Assembly (NCBI GenBank): GCA_009914755.4
Contig: CP068257.2
Location: 37,888,001-37,952,000, forward strand
DNA: 64,000 bases
Reading direction: 5' to 3'
Origin: the human T2T-CHM13v2.0 reference genome, Homo sapiens
The notes beneath the pieces were generated by a model, which was not told where the DNA came from, searched no databases, and saw nothing but the letters and a program-made list of their open reading frames with translations. Below are positions 1 to 14,711 of the stretch, piece by piece; the first letter of the stretch is position 1, and the number at the start of each line of letters is the position of its first letter. The translations under genes were made by a program, and so were the position numbers.

Positions 1-1451
1 TTTCTGTTAACTAGATGACAAACCATATCAAGTTTTTACCTTTTTTTTAAAAAAACCTGCCTTCATTTGTGTGTTAAAAACAATTGTCATGTGTGCAGTA
101 AAAACACAAAACGAGCAAAAAACCTCTCTCCAGCACCTGGCAATGTTCAGTTGAGTGATAAACCAGGTAAATGCCTAAGTCAGGGACAGGCTTATCTGAT
201 CTCTGCTATGAAACATGCATACTCAATGCACACTTGTAGGCACTCATACAATTCCATTTAATGGAGAGGAATATTTACCTAATGTTTGACATTGATTAAA
301 AAAATCAACAGAAATGGAAACAAAAACTATTATCTTCTTTAATGATATGGACTTCCCCTGACCACCTCCTCAACTTCCAGGGTTCTTAAAGACAAGATGC
401 CAAGATGTAAATTCTGTCCTTGATAAAGGATTGAGGCAGGAGGACTTGGGAGGTCAGGAGGGTGAACACCGAAAAGACCATGACTTCATGCCTAGGAAGA
501 TCTTACCTGTAACTTTAGAAAATAGGGGACCTCATGGGGCCTGGCCTGATAACCCAGGGGAGGGTGAGGGGCTAAGGAACCGGCGCCTCAGGAGTAAAGG
601 AGGAAAACAGAAAGTCAGCTCAGCTTCTGGGCATTCTCTAAGAAATGAACTGCAGACTGGGACATCATGAGAGCTTTAGAAAATGCTGGAAACATTGCAC
701 CTTGTGCAGGTTTGGTTTGTGTTTTTTGATCAAGGTACAATTATTTAAAATTGTATGCTTTGTGAACCCAGTCATCCTATCTGAAAGTCATGAGGCCCTT
801 GCTTGACAGATAACATGATTATGGTCTGTAACCACCCCTCTCTGGCTTCCTCCAATAGCAGTCTTGAGAAAAGTTTCAAGGGGCAAACATTGATGTAGGT
901 TTGTGGGAGGAGTCATGGGTCTCAGCCTGGGTCCCTGGAGTGCCTGCAGCTCGAGAGGACTCTGCCTCTGTCCTCTCATCTCTAGCCGCTCTGAGGCTGG
1001 CTGCCCTTGCAGGTCACGCTGGGCTAGTCCTTCACTATCTCCCACACCTGCCACCTGTTCCCAGTGAACGCTGCCTGGCACTCACCACCACGGACACCTG
1101 TCCTTAGTTCTGGCCACGCACCACCTCTGCAGTCTGCTTTTCTGGCCAAGTTTCCAACAAAAATAGCTGCTGTGGAAGGTTCTAAGACTTCCCACTTCTG
1201 AGGTTTCTCTCTTCTGGCTTTCTCTGAAAAACAAGGTGAAATTACTTTAAGGTGTATGCTTCCTCAAATGGTGATTATGTGAGATCTTGGCTTAATTGAC
1301 TGGATGATTATAATTATCTTAAAAAAATGCTTTTGTGCCTATAATTACTTGCCAGCCGTGAAAGTCAATTCAAGCATTTTACATAGATAACTTTTAAGGA
1401 TCTGCCTAATTCCAGTATTTTATAATTCTATGAACCAAGGTTGGAAGCTTA

Positions 1452-1742
1452 ATTATTATTATTTTTATTTATTTATTTTTAGAGACAGAGTCTCATTCTG
1501 TCACCCAGGCTGGAGTGCATTGGCATAATCATAGTGGGCTCGAGTGATTCTTCCACGTCAGCCTCCCGAGTAGCTGGGACTATAGGCACAGGCCACCACA
1601 CCCAGCTAATTTTTACATTTTTTGTAGAGATGGGGTCTTGCTCTGTTGACCAGGCTGGCCTCAAACTCCTGGCCTCAAGTGATCCTCCCTCCTCAGCCTC
1701 CTAAAGTGTTGGGTTTACAGGCATGTGCCACCACGCCCAGCC
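1452..1742 (-). mobile_element. Alu SINE (antisense; poly-T/(ATT)n leader then 'gagacagagtctc...gcccaggctggagtgca...ctgggattacagg')
   Basis: Full-length reverse-complement match to the Alu dimer consensus, with the A-rich tail read as T-rich at the left end. Confidence 0.9.
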
Positions 1743-2110
1743 ATTATTTTTAAAACTAATATATCCCACCTCATTCTATGGGGGATTTGAAGCTGAGCTG
1801 GAGTAGCATTACACAAATGCAGTCATTCAACATTTTATGGGCAGATTGAGTGCTGCCACTTGCCAGGCAGGACTCCAGGGACTGTGGAGGGAGCAGTGAA
1901 AATGACAGAGTCACTGCCCCCACAGAGCTTATGTTCTGGGGAAGCTTGTGGTGGTAATACCCAAAGTTCTTCCAAGCTTACTTATCCTTTCGAGGCTAAG
2001 TATTTTTATGCATTCTCTGAGCAATCACTTCCCCTGAGCAATCACTTTCCCTGCTAAACATATCTTTTAAGAAATTAAGGTCAATTCAGATATTGATAAA
2101 GAGTGCTAGG

Positions 2111-2404
<294 letters not shown>

Positions 2405-3057
2405 GAGTGCTAGGTTCCTCCATAGTTGTTGCTAGCTAACTATAAAAGTTGAGACTTACATTCCTATAAGACTTCCTACTGCCCCCCAGGCTAGCTCTAC
2501 GGTTGACAGTATCTGGTTAATTCATTTGTTTCAACTGAATATAACTAATAAAAATAATTGGATTCAGAAGAATGTAAAACTCTACATAACCAATAATTCT
2601 ATGGTACATATAATGAATTTTATTCTGATCCTATGTGAAGAAGAAGAAAATCAAAGTTCTTTGAGATCCAAAGAGTTACTAACAGATTTCATGTGTTCTT
2701 CTATCCAATCACTAACACCTATTTATCGAGCTTGCCTGTTGGTTCCAGAAAGTGGCCTGGAGGGGCCAGACAGTTCCCAGAGATCCAAAAATGAATAAGA
2801 CACAGGTTATGCCCCCAAACACACAGACTAGTGAGGGAGACAGATAAGTAAATGATGATTATGGGAGCAAGTGAGAAGGTCCTTAACTCAACCTTATGGG
2901 TTAGGAAAGTCTCCTTGGAAATGTTTTGAGCATATCCTGGAAGGTGTGGCCAATGTGAGAAAATTGCATGTGACTCAGAATGGCTGAAGTAGAGTGGTGA
3001 GGGATGAGGCCAGAGGGGTACACAGAGCCAGATGGCCTTTTCACTGTTCTAAGGAGG

Positions 3058-3409
3058 TGTATTAGTCTGTTCTCACGCTGCTAATAAAGAAATACCCAAG
3101 ACTGGGTAATTTATAAAGGAAAGAGGTTTAATGGACTCACCGTTCCACATGGCGGGGGAGGCCTCACAATCATGGCAGAAGGCGAAGGAGGAGCAAAGCC
3201 ATGTCTTACATGGTGGCAAACAAGAGGGCTTGTGCAGGGGAACTCCCATTTACAAAACCATGAGATCTTGTGAGACTTACTACCACAAGAACAGTATGGG
3301 GGAACCCGCCCCCCTGATTCAGTTACCTCCACCTGGCCCCACCCTTGACACGTGGTGATGATTGCAAGTCAAGGTGAGATTTGGGTGGGTACACAGCCAA
3401 ACCATATCA
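3058..3409 (-). mobile_element. Solo MaLR LTR (THE1/MST-like), about 350 bp
   Basis: Reverse complement of 'TGATATGGTTTGGCTGTGTCCCCACCCAAATCTCA...GGACTAATACA'. It begins 'tgtattagtctgttctcacgctgctaataaag' and ends 'cacagccaaaccatatca'. Confidence 0.75.
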
Positions 3410-3895
3410 GGAGGATAGAGTATCTTGAGGAGATGGAAGTTTCTAAAGATGAGGGTAGTACAGTAAGGTTGGGTGCTTTTTGGAACGATCTCTCTGGCTG
3501 CAGTCTGGAGCACAGATTGGAGATGAGAAAGAAAAGAGGAGGTGATAATCACTCTTTAGGAGCTTCCTTCAGCAACCCAGTGAGCAAAGATGGTGGTCAT
3601 GGCAGAGGAGGGGCGAGACATGGGCAGGATTAGGCAGGATTAAAGAGGCACGATCAACACGTCGCTGTGAAAGCAACCCCTGGATTTTGCAACAAGTGCC
3701 AGACTCTTCTCCTGCACATTATTTGAGCACCAAAACTTGGGGTGTCACCAGTGGCATTTAACGTAAAGGTTAGTTTGAAGATTCCCAGTGCTGAAAAAGT
3801 CCTCTTGGCCTGATTCAGACCTGGCTGGCACTGTCAGGCTTTCAAGTTCAGTGCCCGTCTCAGAAATAGGAAGGTATTGTTCTGGAAATGGCTAA

Positions 3896-4278
<383 letters not shown>

Positions 4279-4289
4279 TAAAATTTTAC

Positions 4290-4550
4290 TTTATAGACAA
4301 GGTCTTATTTTGTCACCCACGCTGGAGTGCAGTGGCATGATCATAGCTCACAGCAGCCTCAAACTCCTGGGCTCAAGTGATCCTCCCGCCTCTGCCTCTG
4401 GATGCCTGGCTAATTTTTAACATGTTTCATAGAGATGGGGGCGTCTTGCTATGTTGCCCAGGCTGGTCTTGAACTCCTGGCCTCAAGTGATCCTTCCATC
4501 TCAGCCTTCCAAAGAGCTGGGATTACAGGCATGAGCTGTTGTACTCTGCC
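4290..4550 (-). mobile_element. Alu SINE (antisense, more diverged older subfamily), flanked by TSD 'ccttctgtgatttt'
   Basis: Alu body, with direct repeats at about 4264-4278 and 4552-4566. Confidence 0.85.
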
Positions 4551-6084
4551 ACCTTCTGTGATTTTGATTTTTCCATTATTAATCTTGAGAGGCTGCCTGG
4601 TAGTGTAACAAAGACACTTAATTAGGAATCAGTAGACTTGCAGTGAGTCCTGATTGTGTTGACTCCTTGTCCTGTGACCTTTGACTTTGGCAAATGACTT
4701 CCCTCTGTGGCCTCAGTGTCCTCATCTGTATAAACATGGTGCTGGGTAGAGAATGTATATGACTGCAAGATCACATTCAGTGCCCCCCGTCCATGATTCC
4801 CTGAGCTCACTGCCTGAATTGTAAGGCATTAGGAATTTTTAGGGACTGCTCTCAAGAACCACATCTCTCTCTTTAATGAAAGCAATTGTGGCACTCTGGC
4901 TTCAGGGAGGTTTATCGGACCATTCTGGGAAGGGATGGAAAAGCTTTTGTTTTCTTCTTAGAGGCATTTTTAGGAGCTGTAACCTGGTTATTTTGCTTTG
5001 ATCTGGGGGAAATAGAAATTCCAGTGGGCTGGTGGCTTGCACAGTAGAGACCTATTTGAGCCTTGGGTGACCCCACCCACTCTTACCTTGCAAATTTCTT
5101 TCTTTACCCAGAAATCAGTATTTAAAATACTTTGTGATTCAGAAATGTTATCATTTTGTTCTCATAGAGGAAAAGTTTTTGACCTACTTTTATTAACTTG
5201 TTCAAACCTGAAGTAAAGACATAGTTATAAGGGCATAAAGTCAGAAAAGACATTTTTGTTCAAATTTTTACATTGCTTGCATATGGTCTGAATTTCGCTA
5301 GATAGCACTATCAATCTTTGGTATGCTTTAGAAATAGAATTGAATGTATTACTAAGCAGTATTAATAATTACATTTTCTCAGGAGTTCAAGTGATGGGAA
5401 ACGGTCTTTAATCTCACAGTTATTTTAAGAGCTTGAAATATAATGTATGAAAGAAGTAGGGATCACCCAGCTATCATATCTTTGCTATTTACTTATTTTA
5501 TGGATAAACTAATGTGTTGTTCATTTTGATTAGCTTGTATTTTATTATAGTTTGCTTGATTTTCAGATTTGACTTTAAACGTACTTGAATTATGTTTTTT
5601 TCTTTAATTTTGATTTATGGATGTAAGGAAGAAGAAGGAGAGACAGCCACAGAAGAGGTACGGTCGACCATCTTTAACAGCTGTGCTTAATCTGCTTAAT
5701 AAAAACATCTTTTAGGTGGGAGGATTGCAGCTTGAGGCACGTTCTTAATAACATAAGAGAGCGATGCAACCCACACACCCAGAAAATCCTCCTTTAACAT
5801 GCTGAGAAGGAAAGTAAGTTGGAGATAAGTTTGTCCGAGGGAGGTGGAGAGAGAAACGGGGCTTGGCTGTGGACTCTGTTCGGAGCCCCCTCAGGTGAAG
5901 GTGTCTTCCGTGGTTTCTCACTGACATCAGGCCAGGCCAGGCCAGGGCACTGGCTGGAGATGCCTGCTCCTCGTCCTTTTCCACCCTGTTGAATGCACTG
6001 GGTTTAGGCATCCTGCATGGTGGTTAGTGGTGTTTTCATTGAGGGAGGGATTCCACCTATGTTTATGTTTTTGAACATCTTTGA

Positions 6085-6426
<342 letters not shown>

Positions 6427-6576
6427 TAGAGAACTAACTTAAAATTATGAACACAAGGGTAGGGAGAATAATTTACTAAGTTACGTGTATTGTCTAGATG
6501 TTTCAGCACAAGGTCATCAACATTAAAAAGGGTCCCAAATGTCAAAAGAAATCCCCCCAAAGAAACTTTTGTTAAC

Positions 6577-6875
<299 letters not shown>

Positions 6876-6982
6876 TTAACTTTTGAAATGACAAAATTCA
6901 TGATCTTTATAGAAAATTTAAAAAATGCAGATAGAAGAGGAAAATGAACATAGCTTTTAACCCTCGTTACCCAGAGATAACC

Positions 6983-7106
6983 ACTGTAGCTACATACACA
7001 CACACACACACACACACACACTGTAGCTACACACACACACACACACACACTGTAGCTACACACACACACACACACACACACTGTAGCTACACACACACAC
7101 ACACAC
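6983..7106. repeat. Compound (CA)n microsatellite with about 27-bp higher-order period ('ctgtagctac' + (ac)n, four units)
   Basis: Four tandem units, each 'ctgtagctac' followed by (ac)8-11. Confidence 0.95.
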
Positions 7107-7530
7107 CCCATCAATTTCTGGTGAATACTCTTGTAGTCTCCTTTTTTTTCATGGAATGTGTCTATATTTGGGGAGGTAGTCAGTACAGATCTGCTTCATC
7201 ATTTTAAATGTTAATATATCAAACCAACCCCTCTTCTTAGACCTATAGATTATTTCTAGTATATTCTACACCATGATTTCTCAATATTTACGTCTTTCCA
7301 ATAATTATTTCTTTTGTTTCTCTCTTGCTAGGCCAGCTTCAAAATAGAATTTTAAAAATAAGATAAAAACATATTGTTAATTTGGAAGAAATTCCAGATT
7401 ATATATATAGGTTGCTGATAACTTTTGCTTCAAGAAATTAGCTTGTTACAAGAAAATGTAACCAACTTGTGCATTTAACAGCTCATCCTGACAAAATTCA
7501 ATTTGCTGATTCTTTTTGTATTTGATTCTT

Positions 7531-7544
<14 letters not shown>

Positions 7545-7567
<23 letters not shown>
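7545..7567. repeat. (TA)n microsatellite
   Basis: 'tatatatatatatatatatatatata'. Confidence 0.95.
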
Positions 7568-7568
<1 letters not shown>

Positions 7569-7725
7569 TTTCTGAATTTGTAAAGGTTATTTGCTGAGAA
7601 TGGTTTGTTAATATGAGTGGAGACTGTACACTTAGGTGGGATTATAAAACCTGTTAGGATTAACATATCATTCTAAAGCACCATTCTAAATTGAGGACTC
7701 TGTGTTTAGAAGGATGATTTTTTTT

Positions 7726-8204
7726 ATGTGTGTGTATGTATGTGTGGTATGTGTGGTGTGTTGTATGTGTGGTGTATGTGTATTTGTGTGTGGTGTATAT
7801 GGTGTGTGGTGTGTTTGGTGTGTGTGTGTGTGATGTGTGTTATGGTGTGTATGTTATGGTGTGGAGGGTATGTATGTGTATGTGTGATGTGTATGTGTAT
7901 ATTGTGTGTGTATTTGTGGTATATGTGATGTGGTGTGTGGGGTGTGTGGTCTGGTGTGTGTGTGTGCTATGTGGTGTTTGGTATTTGTGTGTGGTGTGTA
8001 TGTGGTGTGTGTGCGTGGATGTGTGTCTGGGTGGTGTGTGGGGGGGTGTGTGTGCTGTGTGTCATGTGTGTTTCCGTGGTGTGTGTGTGTTTGGGCGGTA
8101 TGTGTGTGGGGTGTGTGTGTGGCATGTGTTTGTGTGGCATGTGTGGTGTGTGTATTTGTGTGTTGTGTGTGTTTGTTTGTGTGTTGTGTGGTGGGGTGTG
8201 GGAG
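7726..8204. repeat. About 480-bp degenerate GT-rich (TG)n/(GGTGTGT)n low-complexity tract
   Basis: Almost exclusively G and T on the + strand, with many interrupted (tg)n runs. Confidence 0.95.
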
Positions 8205-8293
8205 GCTTTGACCTCTAGTCCAGCATTTTACAGTCTTTTTCTCACTGTATCCTTGGCCCTTATGCTTCTTAATACTAATGTAAGTTTTGTTAA

Positions 8294-8395
<102 letters not shown>

Positions 8396-8974
8396 GCCTT
8401 TTCATGCTTCATTTCTTCCACTTCTCCAGGTAGCTACAGGATTCTGGGGTGGAAAAGCTGCTAGTTACCGTACTGTATGCTATCTGCGGCACATTTTGCT
8501 TAGTAACAGGAGAAAGGGAATTCCAATTCAGGGCTGTCTGTCTCCTTCCAAAGCCCTGGTCTGCACACCTTTCTGGCGGGGTCCAGCTCCTTTCTAGAGC
8601 TGCGGGGCTGCTGACCTTTCGTGGGTCTGTTTCTTGCACACTAGGGCACAGAAGGCTATGGTTGATGGGATTTCTAGGAAAAAGTGCACCTTTGATGCAG
8701 GGAAGAGTTTTGTTTTGCATTTACTTCCTCCTCTTCCTCTATATAAACTTTGTTTGAGAGAAGATACAGCAAGTGTCCTTTTATCAGCATTCTGTAACCT
8801 CAACTCCTCCACCAACCACATGTACAACTTTAGGGGGGTGACTACTGATGTTCAGAATGATGGCAATAAATTATAACCTTAAAAAATCACAAAGCTGGTG
8901 TTGAGTCATGAAAGAAAATTATTGCTGCCACGGGTTTAGTCGTCAGTGCTTGGTACTCCATTTCCGTTTCTATT

Positions 8975-9118
8975 AACCAGAACGCTCCTCTGGAAACACC
9001 GGGGAACATGGTGAAGTCCCTTTAGGTATCTTTGACAAGTAAGCTCTTGCTGCCTTCTGGTTTTAAACTTCCCTTGATGATGGAAAATAATTATGTAATT
9101 CTTACTAGTTTGATAAGT
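8975..9118. other. Left arm of ~145-bp inverted duplication (partner 9757-9898, about 88% identical)
   Basis: The reverse complement of 9757-9898 aligns to this arm, for example 'ggggaacatggtgaagtc.ctttaggtatctttgacaagt.agct.ttgctgcctt...tggaaaataattatgtaattcttact.gtttgataag'. Confidence 0.8.
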
Positions 9119-9143
9119 GCCACATATTAGTGAACATTTATTA

Positions 9144-9506
<363 letters not shown>

Positions 9507-9756
9507 CTAGGTACATGTTGTATTATTATTAATATGATTGGCTTTGCAACTGAATTTGAGGCCATAGTTTATTCTCTAGGGCAACATTGCTCATGGTTTT
9601 GCTCTGGAGCTATAAGCGTTTTTTAAAAAATTTAAAAAAGTTTAGTCTTTTTATCTCCCATATTATGCCTCCACTGAAAATTAAGACGGCTTTTTGGGCT
9701 GTTACTCTCAGGAGATAATGATGGAATATGCACTCATTATTCTCTAAATGAGAGAC

Positions 9757-9898
9757 ACTTATCAAACCAGTAAGAATTACATAATTATTTTCCATCGTCA
9801 GTAGAAGTTTAAAATTACAAGGCAGCAAAAGCTGACTTGTCAAAGATACCTAAAGTGACTTCACCATGTTCCCCAGGCAGGTCTCTAGTTAAGAATTG
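9757..9898. other. Right arm of inverted duplication (see 8975-9118)
   Basis: Reverse-complement match to the left arm. Confidence 0.8.
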
Positions 9899-10966
9899 GT
9901 GCATGTACAAAGAAGGGTGGATAGAAGGGTTTATTTGGAGAAGGAAGAAGAAATCTTTGGTGCTCTTTAAAAATTGGCTGACAAATAGCAATGCTCTTTG
10001 CACCAAAGTCCAATTTGAATAGTAGGGATGTCCCTTCTTAATAGACTTACAAAAAAAAGCTGATATAAAAAGCACTTAATCTATTTTTAGAGCATCTTGG
10101 AGCTAGTGAGGGTGGCCATCACACTTTGTTATTGGACCATAAAGGTTTTGTCATTCATTTGCTTGAATGAGAAAGTGATTCTAGCCCACGATTTGATGTC
10201 TCTCCAGGGTGTTTCTTTCATGCTCTGGACCCACAGACTTCTACTTTAAAGCCCTCTGCTTGCCACTTGGTTACAATTCCATTTCTAAGGAGTGGGTTGG
10301 GACTCATTTTTGAAAAAAAGGAAACTGGCAAGCTTAAGATATTCTACCTGAAGAATGGTAGAAAATGAAAATATGATTATATTTATCCTCATACCAGAAA
10401 CAAAACAAAGCAAAACCCACAGTAACAGACTCATTGGTCCTGTTTAAATCCATGTCTGTTCACTCAGCTTGGAAAGTTCTTTAAAAATTGTGCAGTTTTA
10501 ATGTGATAATTATAAAGAAATATTGGATGTGAAATGGCACAGCCGAGAGAGAATCTTTAATGTAGACAGATGGCTTCTTTATAGGCCATTTCCAAAAAAG
10601 AAAGAAAAAAAGGCAAGTTACAGTTGTGGCTAGCACATTCTGCCTGTTTCTCTGATGGGTTCTAGTTTGGAATCCAGTCCCTAATAGTCTGTTGTGAGGT
10701 CAAAATGTCTGACAGTGAAGGAGTAAACCAGGCAGCACCCTAAATCCCAGCCACTGACTCCCGAAGAGAGTCAATAACCTTTAAAATGCGACATGATGAT
10801 GCAGTCAGGTATTCTGCAAACTATTTGGCTTCCAAAAACAAACCCATCTCATAACTCATAGATTATCCATGCATTTTATTTGAAAAGACGATTTTAGACA
10901 GAACAAGGCAATGAATGGAACTATGAAAGAATTCTCATTTCCCATAGTTGAAGTTGGAGTCAGAAT

Positions 10967-11282
10967 CTATTATTATTATTATTTATTTATTTATTTTATT
11001 TTTTGAGACAGGGTCTCACTCTGTCACCCAGGCTGGAGTGCAGTGGTGAGGTCATGGCTCACTTTGACCTCCCTGGTCTCAGGTGATCCTCCCACCTCAG
11101 CTTCTTGAGTCGCTGGGATTACAGGCACGCACTACTATGCCTGGCTAATTTTCGTATTTTTTGTAGAGATGGGGTTTCACCATGTTGCCTAGGCTGGTCT
11201 CGAACTCTTAGGCTCAAGTGCTCTGCCCACCTTGGCCTCCCAAAGTGTTGGAATTACAGGCATGAACCACCACGTCTGACCT
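10967..11282 (-). mobile_element. Alu SINE (antisense) with (ATT)n/(ATTT)n leader
   Basis: Alu body 'gagacagggtctcactctgtcacccaggctggagtgcagtgg...gaattacaggcatgaaccaccacgtctgacc'. Confidence 0.9.
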
Positions 11283-12507
11283 AGAATCTAAATTGATGTT
11301 TGAGTCCCAGGGCAAATAATGTCCAATATGAGACTGGATTCTACCTCCCCAAAGCTTGCCACTTAATACCTTCTTCTGGTGTAGCCATGAACCATTTAGA
11401 GCTCCGCCTCTGGGACCAAGCTGTCAATTCAGCCTATTTTCCATGAAAACACAGTGGGAAATTATAATTGGAGATGTTGTCTTCCTTATGGTGTTTGATA
11501 TGTGTTTATGCAGAGAAAGGATATAAATCTAGCTTAGTTTTCCATGAGACAAATTCCCTTTCCTTTCAGTGGGGAGCAAATGATGACTAGTGGTTTATAG
11601 AATAAAAGGCAACACTTTCCTTTATTGTATGTTAAGTGATGAAGATTGTGGTAAACATTCTGTGTCTTTCTCTACAGTCTTTCCCTAATATTTGCCTTTT
11701 CTTTTAGAAAATGGAAGCTATGAAGCAACATTTCAAATGTCTCTCCACAAACCAAACTCAACAGAATACTTTGGCTTGAAGCCGGCACACCCAGGGTTAC
11801 TGAGGACTTATGCTGCCTGACCTGGTTAGATGTACATGGAGGTATCTCCCGAATCATACAAAATTAAATGTGAAGACCGTTTATGCATACCTTCATGTGC
11901 CTGACAGTCTTGGCTTTTGAAGATTTTTTTTTCTTTTTTGCTCTGCATAGCTAGACCATCTTATTAATAATACTCTGAAAAAAATGATTTCAAGGCATGG
12001 AAGTTCTCTGTGATACAACAATAGTATTTCTTCAAATGCGCCTTATGCTACTTATCTCAGAAACAGGTTTTAAAATGAAGTGCTTTCCAGAGAACCATCA
12101 TATAAATAAAGATTAATAGAAAAATATCTTGTCCCAAGGAGCATCATTTCATTATTTATAGTCTCTGCTTGCATATGCCTGAACTCCGTCTGTCTGTTGC
12201 CAAGTCTAAATCTTCAGCAGCACTTTTCTGTCTGCGTTGGGATCGATGTCTTTTATTGCACTGATTATTTGGTCCATGTTTTCAATTGCATTGATTGTCT
12301 CATTACGTCGTATTTTTTTTTTTATTACACACACGTTGTGCGTATCATCTTTGAAGCCTTATCTAACTGTAACTTTATCATCCACTTGTGTGGGGATGAT
12401 GGTAAGGAGGGATGATGGTAAGGACAGAAATCTGCAACCCAGTGCCCTTCACACGTTTCTGAGCTGAAGGGAGTGGCTGCTTCTGTTTCTCCTGCTGTTG
12501 ATTGATT

Positions 12508-12608
12508 TGTAGCCATGGCTGTGGAGACGGGTCCTGTAATTTTTCTTCCTGATGGCCAGGAGTGTGTGTTCACCTACAGCTGATCCAGCTCCAATGACTT
12601 GTACACCA
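12508..12608 (+). other. Candidate ~100-bp non-coding exon with canonical acceptor ('tttctcctgctgttgattgatttgtag|') and donor ('caccag|gtaagt')
   Basis: Polypyrimidine-AG acceptor and a perfect CAG|GTAAGT donor, read directly. Stops in all three frames, so if real it is UTR or lncRNA. Confidence 0.2.
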
Positions 12609-13266
12609 GGTAAGTTTGATAGCATTTCTCTGCTCACCTGCCTGCCTCAGTTTACTGTAGATATTTTTTCTTCCTTGTAAGATTTTGATATTCCCCCTGC
12701 TACCTCCCTGCCTATGTGTGATTCCTTGTGTTTTTGCAGCAAATGTTGCTCCTGTATTGTCAGAGGGGCTCATCTCCTTGCTGTGCTCTTTTCCTATTTC
12801 ATGTTAATTATGGCAATTCAACTTGGAGTGGCATAAACTTTCCCCTCTGGAGTCTGCCTCCTAATTTTGCAGCAGAGTCTGTTGGTGTTATTTCAGAGTG
12901 TATTCTGCAGTTGCAGAAGTCTCGTGGCTGTCATGAACTCTGGGAAACGGCTCTTTTCTTGTTACCCTAGTAACAAAAAAAGGCATTTTGAATAGAATTA
13001 GGTTATTTTGTTTCCAATCATTGAAGTAGTCTGTGTTAAAAACATTTCTCCCTTTGCTTAAGGTAAAAGACCACAGTAAAATGGAAATTCATATAATTGA
13101 AAATTAATTTCTACTTTTAATTTCATTGCACTAAATTATGTCCTATCTAAAAAGCTTGCATAATTTTTACAACAACCCCCTACACAAATAGGCCTTAACT
13201 TTCTTCTTCTTGCTCAGGGCTGACTTTTCTCTCTTTCATGGCAGAGTAGGATGGAGATAGATTTAG

Positions 13267-13581
<315 letters not shown>

Positions 13582-14383
13582 TAAATATCTATGCTGACAA
13601 TAAGCAAAGATAAAAACCCAGACCACTTATTTAAATTGAATTAATTTTTTCTTATATTGTTTTCCTGTAGTCAGAAACATTAACATCTTAGAAGGGTATT
13701 TGTATTTGCTCCTGTTTCATTTTATTTAAAGTATCACTGAAATGCAAAAATCACTTAGATCAATAGTACCCTATGGATGGTATCAGTTCTCTTCTAGTTT
13801 TGGCTTCAGCTGTCCCTTCAGCCTTCCATGGTTAGCAATCCAGTGGCACAGTGAGGAGAATCCCAGATATGGACTGTATGGTATCAAAATACGATTAAAA
13901 AATCTGAATGCTTTTCAATATAGGAAGCTTCTAGAAACTAAGCAGCATTGTGAATCTGTAAAAAAGAATAACTCACAAGGAAACCCCAAGTGAATAAGGA
14001 AAATCATTTTGAAGAAAAACCAAAAGAGACCAGAGAAATGGAATAATTGCATGATGATCTGAAGTGAATCGAAGTTCAAAGAGCTTGGTTTAATAGTATA
14101 AAGGAGGCCTGAACACGCAAAGGAACTGTTTCTTTTCTTTCCTTTTTTTTTTTTTTAATTAGAAAAGCAACTACACAAAAATTTGAGTGTATTTTTTTTC
14201 CAGCCACTGAACAATACACTCTCCTTTCCCCACTCTCCTCTCCTGGGCTCCCTCTCGTTTCTTTGGACTGAAATCTTCCTTTGTGGTTGTCTTTGAGTTC
14301 TTAGTTTTCTCAATGAAATGTGAAAGGTATAGGAAGAGAATGAACTGTATTGCCTGCAAAGATTCTTTGGAAATATTTACAGA

Positions 14384-14689
14384 TTTTTTTTCTTTTTTTT
14401 TTTTTGGAGACAGTGTCTCGCTCTGTCGCCAGGGTGGAGCGCAGTGGCACTCTCACTGCAAGCTCTGTCTCCCAGGTTCAAGTGATTCTCCTGCCTCAGC
14501 TGCCGGAGTATCTGGGACTATAGGCCTGCACTACCATGTTTGGCTAATTTTTGTATTTTTAATAGAGATGGGGTTTCACCGTGTTGGACAGGCTGGTCTC
14601 GAACTCTGACCTCAGGCAATCTGCCCACTGCAGCCTCCCAAAATACTGGGATTACAGGCGTGAGCCACCATGCCCAGCCTACAAATGTT
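14384..14689 (-). mobile_element. Alu SINE (antisense), left member of an inverted Alu pair
   Basis: Poly-T followed by the Alu body, ending 'gggattacaggcgtgagccaccatgcccagcc'. Confidence 0.9.
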
Positions 14690-14711
14690 TTCTTTCAAAA
14701 CTCATTTACCC

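Noticed and set aside
6983-7106. Regularly spaced ~27-bp repeat units that superficially resemble a repeat-spacer (CRISPR-like) array
   Set aside because: The units are 'ctgtagctac' plus a variable (ac)n run. There are no unique spacers, and the 'spacers' are themselves microsatellite. This is a compound dinucleotide repeat.
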